Assembly: GCA_963823655.1 (NCBI GenBank)
Contig: CAWGMK010000010.1
Location: 288,001-352,000, forward strand
Length of the DNA stretch: 64,000 bases
Direction: 5' to 3'
Source: an uncultured Bacillota bacterium
GTDB lineage: Bacteria; Bacillota; DTU025; MWDF01
The position numbers and the translations under genes were made by a program. Every line of letters starts with the position of its first letter. The stretch's first letter is position 1. Of the stretch, positions 21,130 to 31,754 are shown one piece after another. Under the pieces are notes generated by a model. It worked only from the letters and a program-made list of their open reading frames with translations, had not been told where the DNA came from and searched no databases.

Positions 21130-22405
21130 ATGAACCGGGTTGCGATTACTGGAATAGGGGCGATCTCGCCCATAGGAAACGACGCAAACAGCATATTCGA
21201 CTCTTTGGCCAGCGGAAATGCGGAATCGGAAATCTTGAGGGGCTTGATACCGAAGGCCTGGGAACATCTATCGGCGCCCAGGTAAAGGGGTTCGAGCCTG
21301 GCGACTACTTTGAAAGGCGCGACGCCCGCAGGATGGACAGGTTCAGCCAGTTCGCCATGGCGGCATCGATAATCGCCGAAAAGGATGCAGGGCTGCTTGA
21401 GGGAACATATGAGCCGACCAGGTGCGGCGTCTACATAGGAAGCGGCATTGGCGGGCTTACCACCATCGAGGAAGAGCATACGAAACTTCTGGAGAAGGGT
21501 CCGGGCAGGGTTTCCCCGTTTTTCATACCTATGCTCATCGGAAACATGGCGGCGGGCAATATATCAGCGAAGATGGGTTATCGGGGTCCCAGCATGAGCA
21601 TAGTAACCGCATGCGCGTCGGGGGCGAATTCGATAGGAGAGGCGATGCGCGCCATCAGGCACGGCTATTTGGACATGGCGCTAGCAGGCGGGACCGAAGC
21701 GCCGCTCACAAGGACAGCTATAGCAGGATTTTATAACATGACGGCGCTGTCGAGCGCGCAAGACCCTTCGGCCGCAAGCATACCCTTCGACATGAGAAGG
21801 AGCGGTTTCGTAATGGGCGAGGGGGCGGCGGTGCTTGTGCTTGAGAGAATGGACAAAGCACTTGCAAGAGGGGCGCACATATATGCCGAGCTTGCGGGCT
21901 ACGGTACTACGGACGACGCCTATCACATAACAAGTCCCGACCCCACCGGCAGGGGCGCATCAGAGGCGATGCAGGCTGCAATCTCCGATGCTTGCCTAAA
22001 CCCTGAGGATATTGGGTATGTGAATGCTCACGGCACCAGCACGCCGTTGAACGACAAGTACGAGACGGCCGCGATAAAGGCCGTATTCGGGGATTATGCC
22101 TATAAGCTTCCTGTTAGCTCGACAAAATCGATGACAGGGCATCTTCTGGGGGCGGCTGGGGCCATAGAAGCGGTGATAACGGCGCTTGCTGTAGAAAGAG
22201 GCCTTTTGCCACCGACTATTAACTATCTCGAGCCCGATCCTGAGTGCGACCTGGATTACGTGCCGAATGCGGCAAGGAGCTCTCAATCGGCTCTGCTATC
22301 AGCAATTCGCTGGGTTTCGGGGGCCATAATGCGTGCCTGGCGTTTAGGAAGATCGAGGCGAGCGCAGCTTGTGAAAGCGCGGAGGCTGCGACCGATGGAA
22401 GATAA
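21130..22405 (+). CDS. fabF: 3-oxoacyl-ACP synthase II; frameshifts near 21216 and 22283
   Basis: [10 protein letters not shown] start, [30 protein letters not shown]; true C-terminus [13 protein letters not shown] lies in a shifted frame ending at TAA 22405. Confidence 0.92.
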
Positions 22406-22829
22406 GAAAAGCTTTCCTGAAATAAGGCAGGTGCTTCCGCACAGGGAGCCATTCCTGCTTTTAAGCCGCGTCCTGGATTGTGTCCCGGGGCAGTACGCTA
22501 CGTGCGAGCTTGATCTGACAGGCGATGAGGATTTCTTCAAAGGGCACTTCCCCGGGGAGCCTGTAATGCCGGGGGTGTTAATGATAGAGGCGATGGCCCA
22601 AGCGGGCGGATATGCCATCCTTTGTCTGGATGAATTTCATGGGAAGCTGGGCTTCCTTGTGTCCGTAGAAAAGGCGAGATTTAGAAAGAAGGTGGTTCCG
22701 GCAGGTAAATTGAGATTGGAAACAAAAATAACCAGAATTTCGGGCGTTTTCGCCAAAGCCGAGGGCAGAGCTCTCTATGATGGGGCGCTGGCGGCAGAGG
22801 CGGAGATGACATTCGCAATAGGAAAGTGA
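22395..22829 (+). CDS. fabZ: 3-hydroxyacyl-ACP dehydratase
   Basis: [31 protein letters not shown]; own GGAGG RBS and ATG. Confidence 0.93.
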   Translation: MEDKKSFPEIRQVLPHREPFLLLSRVLDCVPGQYATCELDLTGDEDFFKGHFPGEPVMPGVLMIEAMAQAGGYAILCLDEFHGKLGFLVSVEKARFRKKVVPAGKLRLETKITRISGVFAKAEGRALYDGALAAEAEMTFAIGK

Positions 22830-22836
22830 GGAAAAA

Positions 22837-23136
22837 TTGATGGTTGTTGAGGAATTGAAGGTATTGCTGGCGGACAAGCTGGGCATGGATGCCAAGCAGA
22901 TAAGCGAAAGCTCGAACATTGTCGAGGACCTCAAAGCGGATTTGCTGGACATGGTTGAAATCGCGATGTCGCTCGAGGATCGCTTCGGGGTGAAGATCCC
23001 GGATGAAGCAATGGCGAATTTCCATACAGTAGGGGATCTGGCAAACTATATTTCCGCTAAGATAGGGCAAAAAAACACAGGGCCTCGGACATTTCGGTCC
23101 GAGGCCCTTCTAATTCAAGCCATTGTCTTTTCTTAA
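22837..23136 (+). CDS. acpP: Acyl carrier protein; DSLD motif reads DLLD, and the real 3' end is probably near 23070
   Basis: EDLKADLLDMVEIAMSLEDRFGVKIPDE, TVGD; last gene of the fab operon; a terminator overlaps the ORF tail. Confidence 0.8.
   Translation: MMVVEELKVLLADKLGMDAKQISESSNIVEDLKADLLDMVEIAMSLEDRFGVKIPDEAMANFHTVGDLANYISAKIGQKNTGPRTFRSEALLIQAIVFS
23079..23108. terminator. Terminator hairpin after acp
   Basis: AGGGCCTCGGAC-atttcg-GTCCGAGGCCCT with an A-run upstream. Confidence 0.7.
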
Positions 23137-23869
23137 GTGGTATATACGTGCCTAATCATAGTTTGGAGACGAATAAGATCGTCCACTTATTTTGCAGCCA
23201 TACCGGTCTTCCTGACCTTTTGGGCCGCTATAGTAATGACTGCGGTATCCCCGTATTTTACCCTTATACTCCTTACAAACAGCGCATCCGATTCAAACGG
23301 CTGGACAGTAGATATGGGGACTGAAGATATCGAAGCCATAATCAACGATCGGCACGTCGCCATGAGGGTTACGCCATTGAGCCAGAATTCCAGCAGTTGC
23401 CGGTTTTCATGAGCCTGAACTCATTTATCCGCTTCTATGCAAGCACGGGTATGGGCGTGATTTTATCGTAGAGCTCTACGCCATACTTAAATATGCCGTA
23501 ATACTGTTCCGGAGCCAAGGTTATAAATGTCAATTCCCATGCAGGGTCATTGTACGTCGATGTCGGTTGCAAGCAGGATCTCCAAGTTGGCGGTAGAATC
23601 GATATCTACATTCAGTTCGAACATTACTATCACAGTAATATCGCCTTTGAATCCCAGCGGCGCCGATACGTAATTATTCCACATTCCAGCCCGTCGCCGG
23701 ATAATTCGTACTCAGTCTTCGAATGCGCTATCCAATCCCCGTCGGCCCTTTCAAGATCCTCCTCGCTGGTGAAATCGAAGAAGTACGTCTTATTAAGGCA
23801 CCCGGAGAAACTCACCAATGAGACGCTAGAACGACAAGTAACATCCACCTTAAGCTCTTCATTCCATCG

Positions 23870-24092
23870 CCTCCAAGTTGTTAAGACTCGATGATTAGAA
23901 TATTGAGCATTCTGCGAATAATCCCAAAATCCTTGATTGAGGTGAGAGAAAAGTGAATGTGACAGGATCAAACTACAATGAGCCATGACTGACTTGAGCT
24001 TGAATTTCGCAGTATACCCAAACCGAATGCGTGAAAATGCTCCCCCGGGATAGTTGAGATCTCTTCACTGTCCCATTAGAGGGAGCATATCA
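23870..24092 (-). mobile_element. Degenerate IS3-family left end with a relic of orfA
   Basis: Minus strand starts TGATATGCTCCCTCTAATGGGACAG (IS3-type TG end), has an internal inverted repeat, then encodes YTAKFKLKSV resembling an IS3 OrfA N-terminus; left boundary approximate. Confidence 0.6.
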
Positions 24093-24153
24093 TCGGCTGA
24101 AGGAAGCCGCATATTTGCGGTTCCGGTCAGCCGGAAGGCTGCCTAAAATGCCA

Positions 24154-25008
24154 TTATATCCTTGAAAGCACAGCCGATATTTGCTGGGGATACGGGCCGT
24201 TGATCACTACGCTGTCTTTGAAGGTATAGTATCCGGGAAGGACCAGCGTTACCTCATAATCACCATAGTTCAGGTTATTGACGCTCATCGGAGTATTGCC
24301 TATGGCGTTGCCGTTGAGGAATACTTTCGCCCCGGACGGGCTTGAAGTTATGTGCAAGCCGCCATTGTAGGTTACGTGAGGGGTTACTACGGGGGGCGTA
24401 ATTATGATCGAATTCACTCTAGGCGGCTCGGGCGGCGAAGCCGCACTGCTGACTAAAAATGTCACATAGGCGCTTGACCAATCATCATCGAAAGTCGGAT
24501 TAAGCGATATGGACTTTATCTGTACCAAGAAAGTGTCAGCATTGATGTTTATATTTATCTGAGGTGCGAAGTTGTTGTTGCTCAGCGAGGCTGCAAGCCA
24601 GCCGGTGTCCTTGATCTTCTTGGGAGTAGCTATCAATACCAGCTGGACAGTGCCCCTTGTGCCCGGAGCAGTCATTGCGTATCTGCCGTTATCGGGTATG
24701 CTGTAGATCTGGTTTGCCTTCAGCTTATTCTCATCCGAATGGATATTCGGGAAAATCATCCTTACAACACCATCATCGTCTACAGAGAAGACATATGCAT
24801 ATGAGGCCTCTTCGACGCTGAAGCTGACGGTCATCTTCTCGCCCGCGCTGTAGCTCTTCTTGTCGGTCCATATAGAAGTCTTGTAAGGCTGCTTATTGTT
24901 CATGATCGCTCCCTTAACATTGGGGGAGGAGGCAACACCCACAAGGGCGGTCATGAGGATCACGGCTGTGATCATTGTTAACAAGATCGCGGTTCTTAGG
25001 TTCTTCAT
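24154..25008 (-). CDS. Secreted DUF4384 + PEGA domain protein
   Basis: Signal peptide; WTDKKSYSAGE, AYAYVFSVD...IFPN (DUF4384); ITSSPSGAKVFLNG..GNTP..YGDYEVTL..PGY (PEGA). Confidence 0.82.
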   Translation of the reverse strand: MKNLRTAILLTMITAVILMTALVGVASSPNVKGAIMNNKQPYKTSIWTDKKSYSAGEKMTVSFSVEEASYAYVFSVDDDGVVRMIFPNIHSDENKLKANQIYSIPDNGRYAMTAPGTRGTVQLVLIATPKKIKDTGWLAASLSNNNFAPQINININADTFLVQIKSISLNPTFDDDWSSAYVTFLVSSAASPPEPPRVNSIIITPPVVTPHVTYNGGLHITSSPSGAKVFLNGNAIGNTPMSVNNLNYGDYEVTLVLPGYYTFKDSVVINGPYPQQISAVLSRI

Positions 25009-25386
25009 AGGTTCACTTACTTTCTCCGGCGGCTTGAGCCGCCAATAAACATATTCTTCGGGCTGTTCATATCGACGTCTATTCAACAGTTCATTTGGCG
25101 AAAGGTCCTCTACCGCCCGTCTTTTCCCCTAAACAGAATTATCCTTTGGACATAATCCGGGTCCGAATGCAGTTCTGCCAAGAAAAAGGAGCCTTGTGGA
25201 AAAGAACCTCATTTAATATTCCTATTAATTATTGTATCATAATTACAATAAATTATTTGAAAATTATATGAATATTTAATATGAACTTTTATTTTAAAGG
25301 AATCTGCAAAGTAGATTACAAGGAATCCGCAATAGATGATAGAATGCGAATTTAGCAAAGGGATCGAATGAAGGGTGGTTTAGAAG

Positions 25387-25569
25387 ATGAGCAGGGAAGT
25401 TCACGGGGGTGCCCCCGCAGGCGCAATCTATGGCCTTGGCTTTATAGGGGCTGCTGTCTATTTCATATCTCAGGCCAATGGCTTCTGGATGGGCGTGCTT
25501 GGTTTTCTAAAGGCGATGGTATGGCCGGCGTTCTTGGTGCATAAATTACTGGAATACCTGAAAGTCTAG
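25387..25569 (+). CDS. Small membrane protein (60 aa)
   Basis: GAIYGLGFIGAAVYFI...FWMGVLGFLKAMVWPAFLV, two TM helices; AT-rich promoter region upstream. Confidence 0.75.
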   Translation: MSREVHGGAPAGAIYGLGFIGAAVYFISQANGFWMGVLGFLKAMVWPAFLVHKLLEYLKV

Positions 25570-25824
25570 GCAATATTTGCTTTCACAAAAAAAGCGGCTA
25601 CGTTAATGTCGACCGCCGGCGCCATGAGCCGGATACCGGTTCCCGTGCGCAGGATTTTCCCTAAGGGCCCTTAGGCTGGGCATAAACCGGCCAAAGGGCC
25701 CTTGATTTTATAGCTTTTGCCAGTCGGCCTGAAAATCTGTGAGACACAAGAGATACATTAGCAGTGCGGCAGCTTTACTGGCGCGGCGGTACTGCAAATT
25801 GGCCAGTTATTATCAGCTTGTTCT

Positions 25825-26553
25825 TCACGTTTTCATCTGCCTTCTGAATGCCCATATCGCGACTAGGAAAACTATGACAGCGTATCCGGTTACCCACGAG
25901 AGATGTGATATCATCGATGGATATTGACCTGCAAGAGAAGCCTTTGCCGCTGACACTGCATGCGAGAATGGGAGCGCCCCCGCAACCTTGTTAAGAGTGC
26001 CTCCGACTGCCTCGAAATCGATCCACATCCCGCTTAAGAATGCCACTATCCAGGCAAAGATTGAGAAAACCCCGCCCACCTGCCTGTCGGTGAAGATGCT
26101 TCCGAAAAGCAGCCCGAAACCAGTGAAAAGCACGGCGGACGGTATCAAAGCTAGCAGAGTAACCAGGATATTCACAGTAACCGGCAGCCCCATGAAGGCA
26201 GCGGCAGCGAAAAAGACGGCGCTTTGCAACAGGGCGATGGGCAAAAGGGGCAAGGAGTAGCCGAGTATGAAGTCTGAGGCGGAAAGAGGAGACGCGAACA
26301 ACCTAATGAGAAAAGATGTGCTCCTGTCCTTGCTTATTAGCATTCCTAGGAATAAGGTGAGGAACGAGAAGCCGAATACTGCGGTACCCGGAGCGAAATT
26401 CTGGATCTCGAACAGCTTGAATGCAGGCAGGCTCCTGTTGAGGATCTCGACCAGGACGAGCAAGAAAAGCGGGAATGCAATACAAAAGACCAAGCTTAGG
26501 GGGTCTCTTAGCAATTCCTTGCTGTTTCGTGACGCAAAAGCAGGAAATCTCAT
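25825..26553 (-). CDS. ABC-2 type permease
   Basis: KELLRDP, FLIRLFASP, LPFSHAV; ATGA-coupled to the ATPase gene. Confidence 0.9.
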   Translation of the reverse strand: MRFPAFASRNSKELLRDPLSLVFCIAFPLFLLVLVEILNRSLPAFKLFEIQNFAPGTAVFGFSFLTLFLGMLISKDRSTSFLIRLFASPLSASDFILGYSLPLLPIALLQSAVFFAAAAFMGLPVTVNILVTLLALIPSAVLFTGFGLLFGSIFTDRQVGGVFSIFAWIVAFLSGMWIDFEAVGGTLNKVAGALPFSHAVSAAKASLAGQYPSMISHLSWVTGYAVIVFLVAIWAFRRQMKT

Positions 26554-27281
26554 GATTGCCCCTCCATTCCCGTTAGCGCTATGAACGCATCCTCAAAAGT
26601 CGTCTTGCCGGTCTGCAGTTTCAGCTGCTGCGCCGTTCCAAGGGCTTTTAGCTTTCCATCATGCAGTATTCCTATCCGGTCGGATAAGGCTTCCGCCTCC
26701 TCAAGGTAGTGTGTGGTCAGCACCATGGTTATCCTGCCCTTCAGGCCGGTCATCACCTTCCACAGCTCGCGCCTTGCAATCACATCCAGGCCAAGGGTCG
26801 GTTCATCGAGGAAGATTATTTCAGGGTCCGATATAAGGGCCATTGCAATGCTAAGGCGCCTTTGAAGCCCTCCGGACAGGGTTTTAGCCTTGTCCTTGGA
26901 TCTTTCCAGCAGCCCGAATGACCGAAGCATTTCATCGGCCTTCAGCAGGGCCTCACTCTTTGTGCTTCCATAGATCCTCGCGATGAACTCCAGGTTCTCC
27001 CTGACCGACAGATTGGGAGCTATAGCGGTCTCCTGAGGGGAGACGTTAACCTTCTGTTTCACTGCATTAGGATTATCCACAATACTGTCACCAAGCAGCA
27101 CCGCATCCCCGCTTGTGGGCGCTAACAGGCAACACAGCATCTTTATGGCGGTCGTCTTGCCGGCGCCGTTTAGCCCAAGCAAAGCGAAAAGCTCGCCCTT
27201 TTCGATATTCAGGTCGAGTGCATCAACGGCCGTCCGGCCTTTGAACTTCTTAGTCAAACCGATTGTATGGATTGCCGTCAT
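26550..27281 (-). CDS. ABC-2 type ATP-binding protein
   Basis: GLNGAGKTT, LSGG, FLDEPT, TTHYLEE. Confidence 0.93.
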   Translation of the reverse strand: MTAIHTIGLTKKFKGRTAVDALDLNIEKGELFALLGLNGAGKTTAIKMLCCLLAPTSGDAVLLGDSIVDNPNAVKQKVNVSPQETAIAPNLSVRENLEFIARIYGSTKSEALLKADEMLRSFGLLERSKDKAKTLSGGLQRRLSIAMALISDPEIIFLDEPTLGLDVIARRELWKVMTGLKGRITMVLTTHYLEEAEALSDRIGILHDGKLKALGTAQQLKLQTGKTTFEDAFIALTGMEGQS

Positions 27282-27565
27282 TTTTCCCACCGACTTCCTC
27301 TTCCCGAGTAATAGCCCATACAAGCCCTCTTTTATCACCCTTTAGAAGGCGTGTGTTCGACAGGGCCTTTTTAGCAATAACTATAGTAATATTGGATATC
27401 CGGGCGAGAATCCCTTTGTTCCAAGCAGAGAGCGCCTCAAACTGCAATGCACTAGGGCTTGTACTGGAAAACAGACGATAGTTGTATGTAAGTTAATAGC
27501 CATATAGGCTGCAATGCCGCATAATATAAGAGTAGCGGTAAGAATCCATTTGGAGGTAATGTTCG

Positions 27566-28754
27566 ATGACCTACAAGTATGCCGAAAGGATCAAATACGT
27601 CAAGCCGTCAGCGATTCGCGAATTGCTGAAACTTGGAGCCGATCCTGAAATCATCTCCTTCGGCGGCGGCTATCCCGATCCTGACATCTTCCCGATCGAA
27701 AAGCTGCGCAAAGTCTTTGATTCAGTGCTTCTCAACAATGGGCGGCAGGCGCTGCAGTATACGACATCTGAAGGGCTTCCATCCCTAAGGCAGAAGCTCG
27801 CTGCCCGCTCGATAAGAGCCGGCGTCCCATGTAAGATGGAGAACATCTTCATAATCCAGGGCGCCCAGCAGGGACTGGATGTAGTCGCAAAGATGTTCAT
27901 CGACAGAGGGGACGTCATAATTACCGAGAACCCGACATTTATTGGTGCGCTTATCGCCTTCAACCCATATGAGCCGAAGTATGTCGCGGTTTCAATGGAT
28001 GACGAGGGCTTGAAAACAGATGAGCTGGAGCAGGCGCTTAAAGACAATCCCAAAACCAAGTTCATATATACGATACCCGACTTCCAGAATCCCACCGGCA
28101 TCAGCATGAGCCTTGCGCGCAGGAAGCGCATCGTCGAGCTGGCCAATGAGTACGATGTGATGGTCCTTGAGGACAGCCCTTACCGCGAAATACGCTTTGA
28201 AGGGGAAACAATCCCATCAATAAAGAGCTTTGATACGGAAGGCCGGGTAATCCAGGTTTGTAGCTTCTCAAAGATACTTTGCCCGGGCATGCGCCTGGGA
28301 TGGCTAATTGCCGAAGCCGAGCTGGCGGAAAAGCTCTGCCTTCTTAAGATGGCCGCAGACACCCAGAACTCAACATTGAACATGTACGCGGCGAACAGCT
28401 TCATGGAGATGTACGACATGGACGAGCACATCGAAGATGATCCGCAAGGCATATAAGTTGAAAAAGGACCTTATGCTGGATACGATCAGGGAGGCATTCC
28501 CGGCCAACGTCTCCTACACGAATCCGCAGGGTGGCCTTTTCACATGGCTTACCTTCATTAAGGATCTGGATGCTACGTGGCTCATGAAGGAGAGGACCCT
28601 GCCAGAAATTAAGGTTGCCTACGTGCCCGGCGCGACTTTCTATCCGGTCAATGAGGAGAAGAACCATTGCCGCGTCAATTATTCGTGCATGTCGAAGGAG
28701 AAGATAGTCGACGGGATAACAAAGCTCGGCAAGATACTGAAAGAGTATAAGTAA
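27566..28754 (+). CDS. PLP-dependent class I aminotransferase (LysN/2-aminoadipate transaminase-like); frameshift near 28437
   Basis: SAIRE, FGGGYP, PDFQNPTG, EDSPY, SFSKILCPGMRLGW; C-terminus PQGGLFTW, VPG..F, RVNYS in ORF 28437-28754. Confidence 0.9.
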
Positions 28755-28798
28755 AGAATTTGTTGACCGGGGCCCTAAGTAAGACTCAATGAACAACG

Positions 28799-28823
28799 AA
28801 GGCGGCCTATAAAAGGCCGCCTT
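28799..28823. terminator. Bidirectional terminator between convergent genes
   Basis: AAGGCGGCCT-ataaa-AGGCCGCCTT. Confidence 0.65.
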
Positions 28824-28856
28824 TAGATTCACCTCGAATGATCCATGGCAAATGAA

Positions 28857-30104
28857 CTAGCCTCTGGCTTCCAGATTCTCCATCAACCTGGCCCAGACCA
28901 ACTGAGTTTTGAGAAACTGCTCGTAATGCTTTTTCACATTCCGGTGGTATCTCTCAAGTTCATTGATTATCCCGTTAAATCCGGGATGTCCGAAGAACTT
29001 GCTCACTTTAGGAAGCGTTTCATTCAGCTTGGACCTCATCTCACCGATCTTCTCCTCGTAGTGCTCCGGTTGCGTAATAAAAAGGAGCAAGGGCTTGTAG
29101 CGCACCCAGCCTATGCAGGCTCTATAGAAGCGGTCGATGATTTTCTCATCCTCTGCTTTTACGAATCTCAAATGGATGGGAAGTACACCTTCCAGCAGGT
29201 GGTTGTAGGTAGAGAACCCGTCATGGAATGTATAGGCGGGCACGCGGAGCACGCGCCTTTCGCCAAGGCATGTGCTTAGGAACGTATCTTCACCTCTGGC
29301 CATGGGCGGATTGTAGAAGGGGAATATCCTCGAAGGTTTTGTCAGGTTGATGCACAGGTTCGCACCGGAGATGAACTTTGCTCGGTTCACTTCCTTTACT
29401 TCTGCAGCGGTATCGCTTATGAGGACGGAAGTTTCGGCATAGCTTACGCCGCCGTCTTTCATTATCTTCTTCAGCTTGTCCCAGCTTATGATGTCATTGC
29501 TGATGGCTTCTATGAATGAGCGGAAAACAGCCTCCGTCATAGTTTCGTCGAAGTCGATATATGGGATTGGGGAAATGTAGCCGCAATGATGCCCGTGGGT
29601 GATATCCGCGTCCTTAATATACTTCAGATGGGTCGCCAGGACGTGTTGGCCGCCCCAGACTGCGGTATTCCTGGTGTTCGTAACAGCGAGCGGATACTCG
29701 TCGTCGTCGATGAAGATCAAGTAGTCCATCTTCGCCTTTATCGCGCTATACAGCACGGAATTCCGCTTTGCCGCATAGCCTCTGCCGAATATGCCCACCG
29801 CCTCGTCTTCGCTTATGACATCATGCCTTATAAGATCCTCGATCTCCTTCTGCTGCGAAGGGCCCCCAATGAAATGCCTGCTGTCGATCTGATGGGCCAA
29901 TTCCGGGTGTATAGCCGTGTAATCCGAGACCTGGGTGTTCTGGTAATGGAGATCGTACGCTACGAATAGGTTCAAGCTCACGTTCTTGTCGTCAACCAGG
30001 CCTGATTCTTTCCAGCTGTGAATATATGTTCGCAAAACCTTCAGGAAGCTCTTTCTGCCGGTCGCGAAACCTACTCCAACTCTAATCTTATCGGCGCCCT
30101 GCAT
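28857..30104 (-). CDS. Uncharacterised protein with GT-A glycosyltransferase-like motifs
   Basis: GYAAKRN..L, YLIFIDDDEYP (DxD), ISGANLCI, RGEDTFLS, FHDG; GGAGG RBS. Confidence 0.7.
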   Translation of the reverse strand: MQGADKIRVGVGFATGRKSFLKVLRTYIHSWKESGLVDDKNVSLNLFVAYDLHYQNTQVSDYTAIHPELAHQIDSRHFIGGPSQQKEIEDLIRHDVISEDEAVGIFGRGYAAKRNSVLYSAIKAKMDYLIFIDDDEYPLAVTNTRNTAVWGGQHVLATHLKYIKDADITHGHHCGYISPIPYIDFDETMTEAVFRSFIEAISNDIISWDKLKKIMKDGGVSYAETSVLISDTAAEVKEVNRAKFISGANLCINLTKPSRIFPFYNPPMARGEDTFLSTCLGERRVLRVPAYTFHDGFSTYNHLLEGVLPIHLRFVKAEDEKIIDRFYRACIGWVRYKPLLLFITQPEHYEEKIGEMRSKLNETLPKVSKFFGHPGFNGIINELERYHRNVKKHYEQFLKTQLVWARLMENLEARG

Positions 30105-30232
30105 TAACAATCCTCCTTCGATCAAGAACCGAGATGTATCTCCACGGAATTTGGATTCGAACTCAATATCTATAACGAAATAACGCTCTCTCCGAGTTAT
30201 CGCTAGAAATAAACCCTGTACAATGCGGCAAA

Positions 30233-30273
30233 AATAAGAAGGCGCACTGGCTTGTCGGCCATGTGCGTCCTTC
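30233..30273 (-). terminator. Terminator after the PPi-type pfk
   Basis: Minus strand GAAGGACGCACATGGC...GCCAGTGCGCCCTTC followed by TTATTTTT. Confidence 0.6.
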
Positions 30274-30299
30274 GAATTTCCATATACTTCAGCGTTCGC

Positions 30300-31517
30300 C
30301 TATTTTGTGTGCAGTATCTTCTCCACTCTAGGCGCTCTGAGCGTGCTTGCCGCCGGCATGTTAGATCCTAGAAGCGGCAGCAGATAGTACTTGAATGCGT
30401 CGGTGACGTTGTTGCCTGCGGAATTTATAAAATCATCAGGCATCAGCCTTGTCTTTCCTGCTATATCCTTAAGCGGCCTAAGCTTGTAGTCTACGGAGTA
30501 GAAGCCAGTCCTCTGTATGGTTATCGAGCCATCGATATTGTGCCATATGGCAAACTGCGCCGACTTCTCGCCGACCTCCCTTGCCTCCCTCTGGTCTACG
30601 TCAGAGACGCATCCCATGAAGGAGCGCTGCACGTAACCCAGGGTATCCGAACGTACGCGAGAAATGCTCAGCTTCTCTTTTATATAATTGCTAAGCAGGT
30701 CTCCCAAAGCGCCTGTGCCCGAAAGCTGCATGTTGCCGTGGGCGTCCTTCTCCCTTTTGCCGAGCTTGCTCACAATAGGTACGCCGTTTTCATCCTGGAT
30801 GCCTTCGGAGACTGCGATTACGCACCTTCCGTTCCTGTCGTAGATGTTCTTAACGTCTAGCAGGAACTTGTCCATATCGAATGCCCGCTCCGGCAGGTAA
30901 ATTAGGTGCGGCCCGTCCTCGGGGTACTTCTGGGCGATGGATGAAGACGCTGTAAGGAAGCCTGCGTGGCGGCCCATCACAACTCCGATATGAACGCCGG
31001 GAAGCGACTTGTTATCCAGGTTTATCCCGATGAAGGCCTGGGCGACATACTTGGCAGCTGAAGGGAAGCCGGGTGTATGGTCGTTGAATACCAGGTCGTT
31101 ATCTATGGTCTTGGGTATATGGATGGCCCTGAACTCGTAGTCGAACATGTCAGCCTGCTCGTTCACGATGCGGACCGTGTCGGCAAAATCATTGCCTCCG
31201 ATATAGAAGAAGTATCTTACGTCATGTGCGCGAAAGACCTTCATTATTTCCTTGCAGTAAGCCTCATCCGGCTTGTCCCTCGTTGAGAACAGCGCAGATG
31301 AAGGGGTCGTGGCTACCCTTTCCAGGTTGTTCGTCGTCTCCTGGGTCAAGTCGAGGAAGTCCTCGTTGATAATCCCCTCTACTCCGTTGATCGCCCCGTA
31401 TACCTTGGTTATCTGCTTGAACTTCCTGGATTCAAGGACGACGCCTACCAGGGACTGGTTGATTACTGCGGTGGGGCCCCCGCCCTGGGCTACTACTACT
31501 TTGCCTTCCAACTCCAC
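30300..31517 (-). CDS. pfp: 6-phosphofructokinase family protein, PPi-dependent signature
   Basis: QGGGPTAVIN, GGND, PKTIDND, MGRHAG, LGYVQR; Asp and Lys at the donor-specificity positions indicate PPi use. Confidence 0.88.
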   Translation of the reverse strand: MELEGKVVVAQGGGPTAVINQSLVGVVLESRKFKQITKVYGAINGVEGIINEDFLDLTQETTNNLERVATTPSSALFSTRDKPDEAYCKEIMKVFRAHDVRYFFYIGGNDFADTVRIVNEQADMFDYEFRAIHIPKTIDNDLVFNDHTPGFPSAAKYVAQAFIGINLDNKSLPGVHIGVVMGRHAGFLTASSSIAQKYPEDGPHLIYLPERAFDMDKFLLDVKNIYDRNGRCVIAVSEGIQDENGVPIVSKLGKREKDAHGNMQLSGTGALGDLLSNYIKEKLSISRVRSDTLGYVQRSFMGCVSDVDQREAREVGEKSAQFAIWHNIDGSITIQRTGFYSVDYKLRPLKDIAGKTRLMPDDFINSAGNNVTDAFKYYLLPLLGSNMPAASTLRAPRVEKILHTK

Positions 31518-31754
31518 TCCAAATCACTTACTTTCCTCGGAATCTTTATAAACATTATAGGGTCTGGGACACGGTTTTGTTAGCCCCAAAGCATTGCCCG
31601 GGAAATCAATTGGCTGAAACAGATAGCTCTTGCAAGTGCGCCGGGAAATGAGCGAACAAGGCGAACGTAATTTTGTCCACAGAATAACAAAAGCATCCCT
31701 CAGCCTAAGCAGGGGATGCTCTTGGAAGCTTAATCACGATGACCCCTATATGCG

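Noticed and set aside
21333-22829. Apparent FabF-FabZ fusion ORF (498 aa)
   Set aside because: The true FabF C-terminus ([10 protein letters not shown]) is in another frame after about 22283, and fabZ has its own RBS and ATG at 22395; frameshift artefact
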